The translations under genes were made by a program, and so were the position numbers. From NCBI RefSeq assembly GCF_009914755.1, contig NC_060939.1: a DNA stretch of 64,000 nt. One strand, 5' to 3'. Every line of letters begins with the position of its first letter. Within the stretch, counting starts at the first letter, position 1. The notes below the pieces were generated by a model. It had not been told where the DNA came from and made no database searches. It was given only the letters and a program-made list of their open reading frames with translations. Below are positions 13,920 through 26,668 of this stretch, one piece after another. Source of the DNA: the human T2T-CHM13v2.0 reference genome, Homo sapiens.

Positions 13920-14332
13920 CTAATGTGTAATCTGCAGAGGATATCTGCCTTATCTGACAAACATCATCTCAGCTCAGGAAGCCATGTACAATCCGTCTAT
14001 CAGATCTGACATTGGTGGTATCTACGCAGCCCTTCCCAGCACACACCCTGCCTTTAAAGGTCTTCCCATCCCTGTTATTGGTCTCACAGATGATAGAGTA
14101 TGACACTCCATAAACAATGAGCTAGGCCTTTTGTAGGCTGCTTTGCTTTTCTTGGCTTCAAACTGCCACTGAATGTCAAATCAATTTGGCTCTCATTAGA
14201 ACAGCTTTATATGTGCAAATGTATTTGGGTCTGGTTGCCACTTTTTCCCCTATTTTTTTCTCCTTTCCATTCCTCCTCTTCTCTTTGAGATGATGTAATT
14301 TTTCTCTAATCCATGCCAACACCTGTTTCTTT

Positions 14333-14380
14333 AAAAGAGAGAGAGAGGAGAGAAAAAAGAAGAGAGGAGAGTGAGAGAAA
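14333..14380. repeat. GA-rich low-complexity tract
   Basis: aaaagagagagagaggagagaaaaaagaagagaggagagtgagagaaa. Confidence 0.8.
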
Positions 14381-15127
14381 ATGCTCGAGTGTGTGGCTCT
14401 TTATCACAATCAGCATGAACACCAGTCTGGCACATTATGGCTCAAGTTTCCCCAGAACAAAGAGAAAATGCCTCGTTGCCATGATATTGTACATCACAGA
14501 GCCCAGATAAAGTCGAGAGAGTCTTTGTAAACCTTGGTTCCTGATGTCTGGAGAAACGGCTGTCGAGATAGAGCAAGGTGTGTAAGCTGGTTTTATTGAT
14601 AAGTGATGAAGCTAGCAATAAATCTGGTGCAGTGCTTAAGGAAGTCTGAGCCACAGACCATGTTTGATGGGAGACTGTTTTCCTCTTGAGTTGGGAGAAA
14701 TAAAGCGCTACACCTAAGAGAATAGCACAGACTTAAAGAGGCAGCAGGAAACTCAATAATGAACAGACAGATGAAAAAACAAAGTAGAGTCTGGATGGCC
14801 TTTTTATGTTGATCTCTATATACTTTTCAGTTTATGTGAGAGATTTTCCCCCTGATACATGAACTTTGAGGTTTCTAATTCAAATAAGTCAATTTATTAT
14901 AAAATAAAATGCATATGATATCTAACGGCCTTTTGAAGACGTGTGCAGCTGGATCTTTGACTATTCTTGTTGGATTTTTTCATGCAAAAGAAATATGAAG
15001 TCATGTGGATAGAATCTAAATTCATAAACCAGATAATTATAATTCTTATTATTGTTTTGTGCTCCTCCTCCTGAGAAATTCAGATGTTTGAGAGCACACA
15101 AATATATATGTGTTTACATGTGTAGCT

Positions 15128-15715
15128 ATTCATTTATGGAGTACCTATTATTTACATTGTTTTATATGCTTCAGATATGTTCACGTGCAAAATTTAAAAC
15201 AATTCCTGCCCTTGCGCAACTTACTTCCAGTGCAGGATACAGATAATGAATAGTGAGCCTAAGAGATAATTAAAATATAAAGTATGTTAGAAATTGATAA
15301 ATATTACCAAAAAAAGCCTAACAGGGTAAAGGAGATTAAGAACTCTTGCTTATGTTTGGTTACAATTTTAAATGGGAGGATGAGGGCAGATATCACTGAG
15401 GAGGTGACTTTCAAAGAAAGACTTGAAGGAGAAAAGGGAGTGAGCTATCTGTGTAGTTGGTGAAGAATGCAGCATGTAGGAGGAAGAGTCAATGCAAAGG
15501 CCCTGATGTGGGAGCAAGACTGAAACTCATGGAAGGAAGCGTGGCCAGAGAACCATGAGCCAGGGAGAAAATAGTAGGAGGGACCATCAGAAAAGTAATG
15601 GAGGAGGGCCCAGATACTACAATGCCTTATAGGCCGTTGGAAAGCCAAAGCTTTTTTGCTTTGAAGAAAATGGTGATTTATTGGAAGGTTTTGAGCAGAA
15701 GAATTACATGATGTT
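15128..15715 (-). mobile_element. L2 3' region
   Basis: attcatttatggagtaccta...cctgcccttgcgcaacttac...gaggaggtgacttt...tgcaaaggccctga...ggttttgagcag. Confidence 0.8.
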
Positions 15716-16059
15716 TGTGTCATGCATTTGTTTCTATGAAAGATTGTAATCAGTTTAGGGTTTACAGAATTTTTTAGGAAGTCTGATTTATAGAGTTAGA
15801 TTGGGACACTTTCAGACTTTTTATGAACTTCTGCGAAGGACTGGGAATAAGGATGAAAACCAAACCTGTATCAGAAGAGCTCTTTTAGGATGTCAGAGCC
15901 AAAAACCTTGCTGGGTAAGCTACTAGAGAAGTAACTGAGAGTTTAGAAGTAATGACTTGTTTGTGATCTTAGAAATAGGAGCATACGGCTGGTGTAGACT
16001 CAAGGAAATTAAAGTAAAATTAGTCTGCCTGTGCAATAGACATTGTAGCCAGATAGATT

Positions 16060-16220
16060 TAGGATTATATTCCAGCTATGTCACAATCTGTATAGGGTTA
16101 GGCTAGCTAATTAATATTTCTGAGTCTTTGTTCCCTCATTTTGAAATGGGAATAATGATAACAGTTCCCTTGCACAGTTGTTTTGAGGGTTAAGTTATAT
16201 AGTTCATGTGCGGTTGTCAT
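16060..16220 (+). mobile_element. MIR
   Basis: tttctgagtctttgttccctcattttgaaatgggaataatgataacag...gttgttttgagggttaag. Confidence 0.7.
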
Positions 16221-18807
16221 GAAGTGTATGATAAACACATTGCAATTTTCTTCCTCTGTATCCTCCATAAAGTTCATGCACAACAAATATTTTTAAATTA
16301 TTTGCAAGATATTAATAACCAATTTGAACATGGAGGAGAAAAGTACAATGAAAGAAAAGATACCTAATTAAATCTGGCTCCAATAGTTGCCTAGGCTGAC
16401 GCTGCATAAAGATGAACTTACCTATACATTTCTAGGCATTCCAAACTCTCAAAGTCACAATGCAAATCAAGGATATTAGGGTTCCATAAACAAGGGGGTG
16501 TTCTTTTGGTGTACATCTATCTAGCCAGTTCACAGACTGCTACAGATTCAACTTAGCAAATATTTGTTAAATATGGCTGTGTGGGCCCTGAAGTAGCATA
16601 AAACATTATCCCTGCCTTTCAGAAACTTGGTTTGTTGGAGGAGTTCCCAATCAGATATGATATCTGATTATTTTTCCTCATAAAGTTCCAACTCATTTTT
16701 TTGTATTCTGATTAAAATATTATTGTCTACCCCTTCTAGAAATACTCCTTTTGTTCACTTGATTGGTTGATAGGTAGTCACTGTTTTGTAAACGAACAGT
16801 TATGAAGGGATGGGAATAAGCATTTTTGTTGCTATCTCATTGCACAATTGCAGAATTCATCATTCTCCAAAACATTATTTATTCAAGGCTAGTGTAGTTA
16901 TACTCAAGGGGAGGTGTTTGAATGTTAGGGGAAAGGGTTAAGAGAATTATTCTGTCACTGACAATAAAGAAGAAAACACTTTAAATTCACTATTTTTTTT
17001 TTTTTGGCAGATACAAGCTAAAACCCTTCTAGAATTGCATTAATAAAACTGAAAAGGAAAAATGAAATAAAACTTTTAAGCCCTGAAGAATCTTAAAAAT
17101 AGTCTTTAAAGGATAGAAAAAAAGAACAGAAAAATTCCTTTAAATTCCTGGGTCCTACAAATGAGATTTTAGTAGTGGCAAGTAAAACATATTGATTGGC
17201 ACCAAAGTATAAGATCTTTGTCACCATCTGTTTCCTGATTGTGTCAGCAAGTATTTTTTCCCCACGAGAGTGTGAGAATACACCATAGCCTAAAAGTATC
17301 AAAGTGTCAATTATGCACCACATTTAAAAGTTGGAAGCCCAGTTCATGAAAGTCAGTGACAAAAGTCCTGATTCCTGTTTCTTACTGAAGTGAAATCCTT
17401 GCACTTCATTCGTTTTGTGAACTACAAAAAGAATGGTGGCTCCATGGGTTAGTGGGGCGGGGAGCTGTGGCAAAAGAGGGAGAAAAGTAATCTTAAATGA
17501 ATATTTATCAAAAGTGCCCCCCCCCATGTAAGTCACTTTGCTACAAAATGAAGTTATTATGAATAGTATATGCAAATAACGATTTTAACAAGTATGGGGT
17601 GACAGGGAGGAGAAAGGGAAAAGAAGGGAAAGAGGATACAGAAAAAGAGAAGTAAAAAAAGAAGGAGGATGGATTAACAGGGAAGCATTTGGGAGTCTGG
17701 GCTGGAAAATTGAAAACAGGAGACACTGGTAGGACTGTTGAAACATGAGGCCATGAACAATGGAAGCTGGAAAGGCTGCATTTTCAGAATGAAATCAAGA
17801 TTATTCTCATCCCTCTTCCCTTTTATCTAGCCATTTTTTTTGTTGTTTACATTTAACTTGAGATATCCTTTTTCTATTTTTCTCTCTGTTTTGATCACTG
17901 CTATTGTTAAAGATGGCTAGTGATTAACTACCCTGATTTTCTTTGAGTTCCTGTGCATGTCACTCTGGGTTCTGCTTAGAGAGAAGCACCCTCTTCCTCT
18001 TTAGCTGCACCAATTATTTTTTGATGTGTTGCCTTTCTAGCCGAGTTGGTGGAGCTGCCAGTTTTGACACATTCTCTTGCCTAAGAGTGTTGCAATAATG
18101 TGTTGAGGTCATTCTTGTGCTGTTGGAGGAATGACCTATGCTCAGGCCAGGTAGTCACAGATGCCGTCTGTCTGCTCGAGTTTCATTCTTTTGTAGTAAG
18201 CCTTGGGAAGTTGTTCCTCTGGGTTGACATGAATCCTTTCTTTATTTTGGAAATGAGAGACTCAGGTTCCTATAGCACACTCAGTGTCTAATGTTAAGAG
18301 TCAATATCAAAAATACAAAGACTTGTGTTCTAACCAAGGGTGTATGGATTATAGAGACATACGCCTGGCTAGAACAATAGAAAACTTGTAACAAACAGAA
18401 AAAAAGCATGCCACATTGCCTTCCTTTACTCATCTAGGTTAACCTATTAAGTGGCAGGAAATCCCTACCTGGTGGAAGGACCAGTTCTGCACATCAGGCA
18501 GCCAGGCTCTCAACAAAAACCTTCCAGCCTGGAACTTCACGTGCACCAAGAGAGTAAATAGCCACGTCCTTTGTTCAAGTTTGATTAAATAGAATAGTAG
18601 AGGCTGTCAGGTGAGTCTCTTGGCACATTCTCAAATCACATATAACCATAATTAAAGTTAAATCTGTGTGAGTCTGGAAGCCTGGGACATTGTAGGTTTG
18701 ATCTGAGTTTGAATACACTGTATGAGAGGAGGAGAAAGTAAAGTGTGCTTAGTCTTTTGTCAGAGAAATATCAGATAAAGTGTCAGAACCATTAGAAAAC
18801 ATGACCA

Positions 18808-19060
18808 CTCATTCATTCATATATTCAACATATTTAAATTGAGCACCTACTATTTGGAAGATGCTATAAAATTCACTAAATGCATAGTATTAAATAGGTC
18901 ATTTGAGAACTTACATGTCACTGAGGGAGAGAAATAAGATAGAAATTAATAAAAAACAACATCATATTATAATAATGCTATGAAGGGAAAAAAAGCAGGA
19001 AGCCTTGATAGAGTGAGAAGTAGGGTCAGTGATGTAAAGGGGTAAAGGTAAATATACCTC
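18808..19060 (-). mobile_element. L2 3' end
   Basis: ctcattcattcatatattcaacatatttaaattgagcacctactatt is an antisense L2 terminus. Confidence 0.8.
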
Positions 19061-19666
19061 AACTGATAAACTGAGACATGAAAGATATGATATTTCTATT
19101 ATTTTTTTCCAATATTTTTAATGGTAAGCTATTGCTTTCCCAATACCCTGCATAGATTGGGAATCCATGAACTGACAATACCCTACCTTCCCATTTTAAT
19201 CTTTCACTACTTGTACATATATTGTACTTGGAATGAGCGGAACTACTCATTGTTTCCTACACACACCTTGTGCTTTCCTGACTTAGTGTCTTCACTCATC
19301 CTTTCCTCTGCCTGGAACTTCTTTTGGACTTTCGGATGTTGCATTCCTGCTACACTTTAAGGTCCTGCTCCACTGTCAGCTCCTTTAGTCCTTCTATCCT
19401 GGTCCTCTGAGCTCCTTCTTTGTGCCTCTCACGTTTACAACTTTTTTATTACTCCTATTTTACACATTCTAATACGTGTGTGTGTGTATTTAATTTTCAG
19501 CTCCTATTTCTCTTTGTAATCTAAGAATTCCAAAGATGCAGGGGCATGCATAATGTAAAATTGCTGCTGTCTATAAATATTCTTTGAATAAAAATAAATC
19601 ACATCCAATCAGCAGGAAGCCTGGAAAGTTGAAATCACAAAGAATTTGTGTATGAGACGCAGACAC

Positions 19667-19945
19667 TGTGTTAAATTATTTTGCTCCAAACAAATACTCT
19701 GATAAATTAGACACAAGGAATTTATTTTGAAGGTTACTTCAGGAAGCATTGTGAGGGAGTGAGGAAGTGAGGGATGGAAGGGAAAGCCAGTGAATCATAT
19801 ATTAATGTGTGGGTTTCCTCTGTGGGCAATGGAGGCTCAGTCTTGTCATGGCACCTCTGGGAGACTGTATAAAATATGCTTCAGAATTTTCCCTCTAAAG
19901 GGTAAGGAATCATCCCTCGTTAGTTGGAGATCCCTCTTGGGATGC
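19667..19945 (-). mobile_element. ERVL-class LTR fragment (LTR16-like)
   Basis: tttattttgaaggttacttcaggaagca...ggaagtgagggatggaaggg...ctgtgggcaatggaggctcagtc...ctctgggagactgtat. Subfamily uncertain. Confidence 0.55.
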
Positions 19946-20068
19946 TGAGCAATATGTTTACTCTAATTTTGTCTCTTCGATATTGTTTCTCTTCCATTGC
20001 TATTGTGCTAATTCTCCAACAGGGAGGCTAGGGAGGTGCTACCTGGCAATTTAGGGGTGTACTTTGCC

Positions 20069-21150
20069 ATGAGCAGTGGGGCATTAAGAATAATCTCAAA
20101 GTTGTGCAAAGCCTGGTACTCTCTGGCTTAGCTTTTTTGCTTTATGACAATTCTCTAATAGGGTTATATAGCCTGCCAATGGTAACAGAGCCAGCTTTAA
20201 TACCTAATGGGTAGTTAAGAAAACTACCAAGAGTAAACTCCTGGAGGTAGTTAAATAAACCTTCCTCAACTTCCTCAGAGCTTTTTGAGAAAATGGTTTT
20301 GGGACAGTGCCCATATGAATGCGGAAATACTGCTTGAGGTAGAGGTGAGAGTTAGTATTGATATGCTGGGCCTTTGAGTGGCTCCTTGACATGATGGTTG
20401 TCAAGCCCAAAGCCTTGAAACGAGGCATTCTACAGGCAAAAAAGCTCTCCTCTGATTGAACCCAGTGTCTGTAAAAGAGACTATATTCAGGCCTTTTTTT
20501 GTTCCTGGGAAGGAAGCATTTGAACCTTGAATAGCAAGCCTGGATGAGATGCTTCAAGAGGGGCAAGTGCCCATCACATAATATCTGAGGTGTCCCACAG
20601 AGAGCCTGGGGCCATTGCTTGATCCGGCCTTCCTCAAGGAGGAGTACTTCAAGGTTCTGAAGAGATCACTGGGAGCTTCGAGAGTGGCAAGGCTATCATG
20701 GTGCTGATTACATTTCAATAAGAAAATCTCCAACTGTGAGTGGCAATAAAAGAAATGGTTGCAGATAACCTTAGCAAAGGGGACTGCCTCTAGTTTTAAA
20801 ATATATTGATCATGCCTTGGGTTAGAAAAGTTCTGCCTAACAAAAAGTTGTGGAAGTTCTAGCTGCCTGCAAAGAAGGCAATGTCCCTGAGGTGGTAACT
20901 TTTGATTGAAGAAGATTATAGGAGACTTGTAAAAGACTGAAGACTGAAGACTGAATGTTTTTGGTAAAGCTCACCCCAGGTCAGGCACTTAACCATTAAT
21001 CTAACATCAGAGGGGGAATTACAGATAACATATTCCTCTCATCCCCCACCAGACCCCAAACTGCAGAAGGAGAAAAATTTGTAATTCAGAGACATGACCA
21101 TGTTGTCAAAAAGTACATGAAGTCAGCTGCATAAATTGTGAAACAAGTCA
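20069..21150 (+). pseudogene. Degenerate PNMA-family (Ty3/Gypsy Gag-derived) pseudogene or fossil Gag
   Basis: Manual translation gives collinear blocks matching PNMA1/MOAP1 as recalled: ALRIISKLCKA (~TLRLLEDWCRG), LVLSGL (~LLIAGI), SWR*LNKPSSTSSELFEKM at 20239-20295 (~VWKVLFKPPTSDAEFLERL), PLIEP..L*KRL (~PLVESIWYKRL), PGKEAFEP*IASLDEMLQEGQVPIT*YLRCPTESLGP at 20504-20614 (~[38 protein letters not shown]), GSFES (~GSVES), KISNCEWQ*KKWLQITLAKG at 20723-20782 (~KLSAYVIRLEPLLQKVVEKG). Multiple stops, frameshifts and deletions. Confidence 0.8.
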
Positions 21151-21218
21151 CTGTTTTATTTGTTCTGTGGCAGTGTAAAAATATAATTGCTTCTATCAAG
21201 ATAAGAAATAAAGTCACA

Positions 21219-21530
21219 GGCCAGGTGTGGTGGCTCATGCCTGTAATCCTGGCGCTTTGGGAGGCCAATGCAAGTGGATTGCTTGGGCTCAGGAGTTTGA
21301 GAACAGCCTGGGCAATATGGCAAAACTCCGTCTCTACAAAAAATAGAAAAAATTAGCCAGGCGTGGTGGCATGTGCCTATAGTCCTAGCTATTTTGGGGG
21401 CTGAGGTGGGAGGATCTCTTGAGCACAGGAGGTTGGAGGCTGCAGTGAACCAAAATTGGGACTGCACTCCAGCCTGTGTGACAAAGTGAGACCCTGTCTC
21501 AAAACAGAAACAAAAACAAACAAACAAGAA
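21219..21530 (+). mobile_element. AluJ, full length
   Basis: ggccaggtgtggtggctcatgcctgtaatcc; AluJ-type ggaggatctcttgagcacaggaggttggaggctgcagtg; (CAAA)n tail. Confidence 0.93.
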
Positions 21531-22029
21531 CCCCCCCTACCACCCAACCCCAAAACACAGATAGGCTATAGAATCTTGGTGAAATCAGACTCTACCAATT
21601 ATTAATGACCTAGGGTTAAGAGGAAGAATTGTGACCTGAGATGCCTCCTAAGTTCTATCACCTTCAGAGTTGATACTGGGTGCCTTTCTCTTAACTTTTA
21701 GCTTTCTTTTTACAGTCATGGTCACTCATAGCTACAATCTATGAGAGGATATTTTGGGAGGATTGCTTTTGCCTATTTGCTAAATTGGCCGAGTGGCACT
21801 TATTGTAAAACTCTAATTTACTTCATGCTTTTTTTTTCACAGTTATGGCCTATATACATGTGCCCACACCCTCATTGTGGAGCCATACAGAACCCAGAAG
21901 ATAAGTCCGACATTTAAAAACTTTATCCACAGACCAGCTCTAGTCTTTAACGAGCCTCCTTTATTATTCCAAAGTTTTCAAAATGAAAAAAAGAGATGAA
22001 AACATTATCCAGAGCCCTAACTCCTTTTA

Positions 22030-22302
22030 AAATTTTATTTTTCAAATGATCACACAGTAAAGTTGACTTTTTAGATGTAAAGTTCTATGAATTTTAACAC
22101 ATGAATAGATTTGTGTAATGACCTCCACAATCAGGATTCAGAACAGTTCTATCACCCCTAAAAGCCCCTTGTGCTATCCCTTCATAGTCATAGTCTCCCC
22201 CCAACCCTTGGCAGCCACTGATCTGTTCTTTATCACTGTAGCTTTGTTTTTGTGAAACTATCATATGAATGGGATCATGCAATGTGTTATATTTTGAGAC
22301 TG
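22030..22302 (-). mobile_element. L1MC/MB-like 3' end
   Basis: agttctatgaattttaacacatgaatagatttgtgtaa...cagaacagttctatcacccc...cccttggcagccactgatctgttc. Confidence 0.85.
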
Positions 22303-22339
22303 ATGATCTAGATAAACTAGATAATAAAAGGTAATGATT

Positions 22340-23200
22340 GTGTGGCATAGAAAAGTGGTAGAAACGTTTAATGAGGCCATATCATTGTTGGACTAGGATT
22401 TATCAAGACATGCTTCATGGAAGAGGTCAACTGTGGAGGATGGGTCTCAGAGAAGTCCATAATTTGTATTAATGGCAAAAACAGGGATAATATTTCAGGA
22501 GCAGAGAATGATAATAACATGTAATTAAGGAAATGAGAACAATGTGATTAGAAGAAATGAATCCAGGCATATGTGTTATCTCTTAAAAATGGAGAACAAC
22601 ATGAACAAAGCAGTGGTTTTTGAAGATTAATAGGCAGAGATGTACAAGATTTGTTAACTGCCATATAATATTTGGAAGATAAAGATGGTGATTGCACCCT
22701 CAAGAGTAGATAAATTTTTTGAAGGAGAAAAGACAGAGGGCAGTTAGAGTAGGGTCAAAAACTAAAGCATGAATGACAGCAGGTGGGTAGGAGGGAAAAA
22801 GACCTCTAGAAGATTTAAATAAGGAAGAGAGGAAACAATTGTAGAGGTTAGATAAGAACCAGTTCTTAAAAGGGAGGCAGGAGATCAAAACATTTAATGT
22901 CATCCAGAGTGGAAAAGAATGTGATGCAGAAGAAACAACTGGTAAGTTTGGAGATATTTGATTGCAGTGTAATTATGGGGATAAAGGCCAGATTGCAAAT
23001 GGGTTAAAAGTTATACTGAAGATGAAGGTGAAATCAAAGCAGACTTGGTTGTAAATTGGCTCCAAACATAGAAGGAATTGCAGGATGAAGTGAGTGGGTT
23101 CACAAGCTGACAGATAAACATAAGCATTGAAGGTAGAGATGAGCTGTAGTAACTAAAAACAATGGAAACAAGAAATTTCCCATATGATCCAGAGTTTATG
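22340..23200 (-). mobile_element. Highly diverged L2
   Basis: Purine-rich tract with L2-like motifs (tgcttcatggaagaggtca, gataaaggccagattgc). Boundaries vague. Confidence 0.4.
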
Positions 23201-26093
23201 AGGAGGTACTTTAGTCAAATTAGCCTTTGTGCATATTCTATCTGGTCAGGATCAAGAGTTAAATAAACTTCCAATAGTTTCTATCTGTATTTCTCGTCAC
23301 CACAAAAAGCTGTCCTATTATAATTGTTCTCTATTACTTAAGTTTTTCAGTTGTCACAAAATAGACTCTAACCTACCACAAGCTGTTATTGACTTAAAAA
23401 AAGATTCCACTAATTCTACTAATTCTTAGAGACTAAATTAATGTTGTAGTAAACGGATAGCAACTATTTACAAATGTAAATGCTTTAAAGTTTATAAAGT
23501 ACTTTCATAAACATTTTAATTTCACCTACTAGTAATATTTACAGTGATAGTAGAAACTATGGTGTAGCAGTATGGGAAGATTTTTCTCAACCTCATTACA
23601 AAGACACCACATTTCTCTCCTGGAACTCAACCATGTCAATCACACAGTAGTATCCCAAAGCATTTGCCTCCAATTTTCTTGAATCGAAGAATCTCTCATA
23701 GTTGTTAGTATCTAGCAAGCTGAAATTTTAAACAAGTCTTTGCTTGCAACCAAAATTGATTTCTGTAATTCTCTCCAGCATGGCTTTTCTGACAAGGCTA
23801 TTTCTAGATTACCCAGTGTTTGGGCTCAGCTTGTGTTGCTTATGCAACTTTAATTCTTGCCTCTAAGCTGCAACCTGGTCCCTCTGCCAATCACTGCTGG
23901 AAGCATCCTCCCATGTTATGGACCTTTTCATCAAATGGGCTCTACCAATCACTACTATCGACCCTCTACTCCTCATAAAATAAAAACAGAGACTTCGAGG
24001 GCTTCTTGACATTTTGCTCTGGTTCCCTGAAGACCCATCCAGGACACCTCCATGGATCTGCTTTACTCTGTAAGGATGATCTATTTCACAAAGACCCTAC
24101 CATAACTGAAAGTAATCTTAAAAATAAACCTTGCAGGACAGGCTGGGGCATATTGATTACCTCTCCTCTACATTCTTGTCCTGGATAGAAGCCAGCCAGA
24201 CTCCTGTGAATTCTGGATACTTATAACTTTCTATTAAAGAAGGATGGTGGTATTGTACAGCTGGCACCTGGAGTCCAACCAGAATTTAAAACTGTTAATC
24301 CCTGAGACTGTTCAGATGCCACTATGTCTCAGGCTGAAGGGCATGTAAATTTATTTGCAAGGGGCAAGGGTTTTGCAAAACTCTATAAATTTGTATTGTA
24401 TTCTACCTGGAATTCATATCCTTTCCATTTTAGTTTATGTTCTTAAATTTATTGAACAATCAAAATGTGGCAGAGTTAATAATTAGGAGCTATGTTAGCC
24501 AATTCTTCATAGTTGATTATTGTCTGCATTCCAAAAATCCCAAGGTGTATGATAAGTGTCACTAGGCTCTGTTTTTATTTCAGTAGAGAGGTAATGAGAA
24601 ATAGGAAATGAGCTGCCTTTGCCTGATAGGAGATGCAAGCTTCCTAGAATATGGATGTGTCTATAGAGAAAGTGAAACAAGGACTTGTTTAAATTGGGCT
24701 CTTGGTCAGACTTACATGAGGATGCAGAAATCAGTCACCTATGTGGTACAATTTGCAAGTTACCTCTGCTTTCAATTTATTTCCTGAAACATGTCACAGA
24801 GCCTGGATTTCCCAGTGAAAGTAATATATTTGAATTAAATATTACCTTCTTCTATCAGGTTCTCTTGTGAGCGGTATCACTGTAAGTTATTAGCATATGA
24901 GTAAACATCAGCTAACAGATTTATCTTTTGCCATGTTAAGAGTGATCTTGAGTATGTGATAGCATTGGGTTTGAGGGAATGGCACACAGACAAAGGGAAA
25001 GTTGTGCTCATTCAGAGAGGAGGTAAGTAGGAGTCAAACAAGTCAACAGCTTGAAAAAATATGCTTTTGGTTGCTTTTGCTACGCTTATGGTGATTCTGT
25101 GTTAAAATATCATTGACCCTCTTTACAGGTAGGCAAGTGAAGTGCTGTGAGGGATGTTTCAGTGAGGCATTGTAAAGGGAACAACACCCCCCTATATAAG
25201 GACAGGAAAGGGAGAACAGAACTTCAAGATTGTTAGCACTTTTTTGCTTTTTGTAAAGGATAAAAAAAAGAATTATACAATTTATTATCATGGTGACAGA
25301 ACCTACATTTATTACACAGTAATAACTTATTATTTCTTAAAAAGTGAAATAACTACTGGGAAAGTATCTAATATTTCAAGAAATGAGGAAAGCTGTCATC
25401 ATAAAAACCTACTTAAACTAGGTCACCATTTTTTGGCAGCAAAGAGGTTGGTAGAGAATAATGTCAAGAGAAAAACTGTATACTCTATACTGAAATCTGA
25501 AGGGACTGTTAAGCAGGGAATAGCTACAGGGCTTTAATGCTCAAACTGAATTGAAGAATAAAGAATCATGCATGGATGCCAAGGAAAAAGGTCAAGTGAG
25601 GCAGGAGAAAATGAAGGATTTACCAAAAGGCCAAGAGTATCTCTGAGAACTAAGAGGGAACAGGCATTTAAAAAATGAATTAGACCAGATGTCAGTGAAA
25701 AATAAAATAGTAATGGTACAGGAAGAGATTTGTTCTAGCAACATAGGTAGGAATATAAGGCAAGAAAAGGTGAAAGGTTGGGGAAGTTGAATTCAAGGCT
25801 GCTCACCAAAGGACCCCAAAAGAGATGGTTAACTATTGCAAAACCATCTGCTGGTATGAAATTGCTAATAACAGAGAGGAAGAGGGGAGACAGCTAAGTA
25901 ATTTACTGTTGACGTATAGATATCAAGTGAATTAATCTTTTCAATGAAAATTAGCCAAAAATAAAAGAAAAGGTACATGATCCAGGATTGATATAGAGAG
26001 TGGGGTAAATTAATTTGAGTGGGATCTGGATACCAAAGGTAGAGGGAGTAGAGTCAGATGTGAATGTGGGTGACCAAAAGGAGCTTGGTTTCA

Positions 26094-26609
<516 letters not shown>

Positions 26610-26668
26610 TTAGGTAATACTCATATGCTCTCAAAATCTACCCAGCATCCTTAAGAAGAGATGTGTAT

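Noticed and set aside
19667-19945. LTR fragment just upstream of the Gag fossil as its possible cognate LTR
   Set aside because: It resembles an ERVL-class LTR in the opposite orientation, with no matching downstream LTR or PBS; most likely an unrelated insertion.
20204-20566. 120-aa minus-strand ORF over the PNMA-like region
   Set aside because: It starts at a non-ATG codon and resembles nothing I recognise; the meaningful homology is on the + strand.
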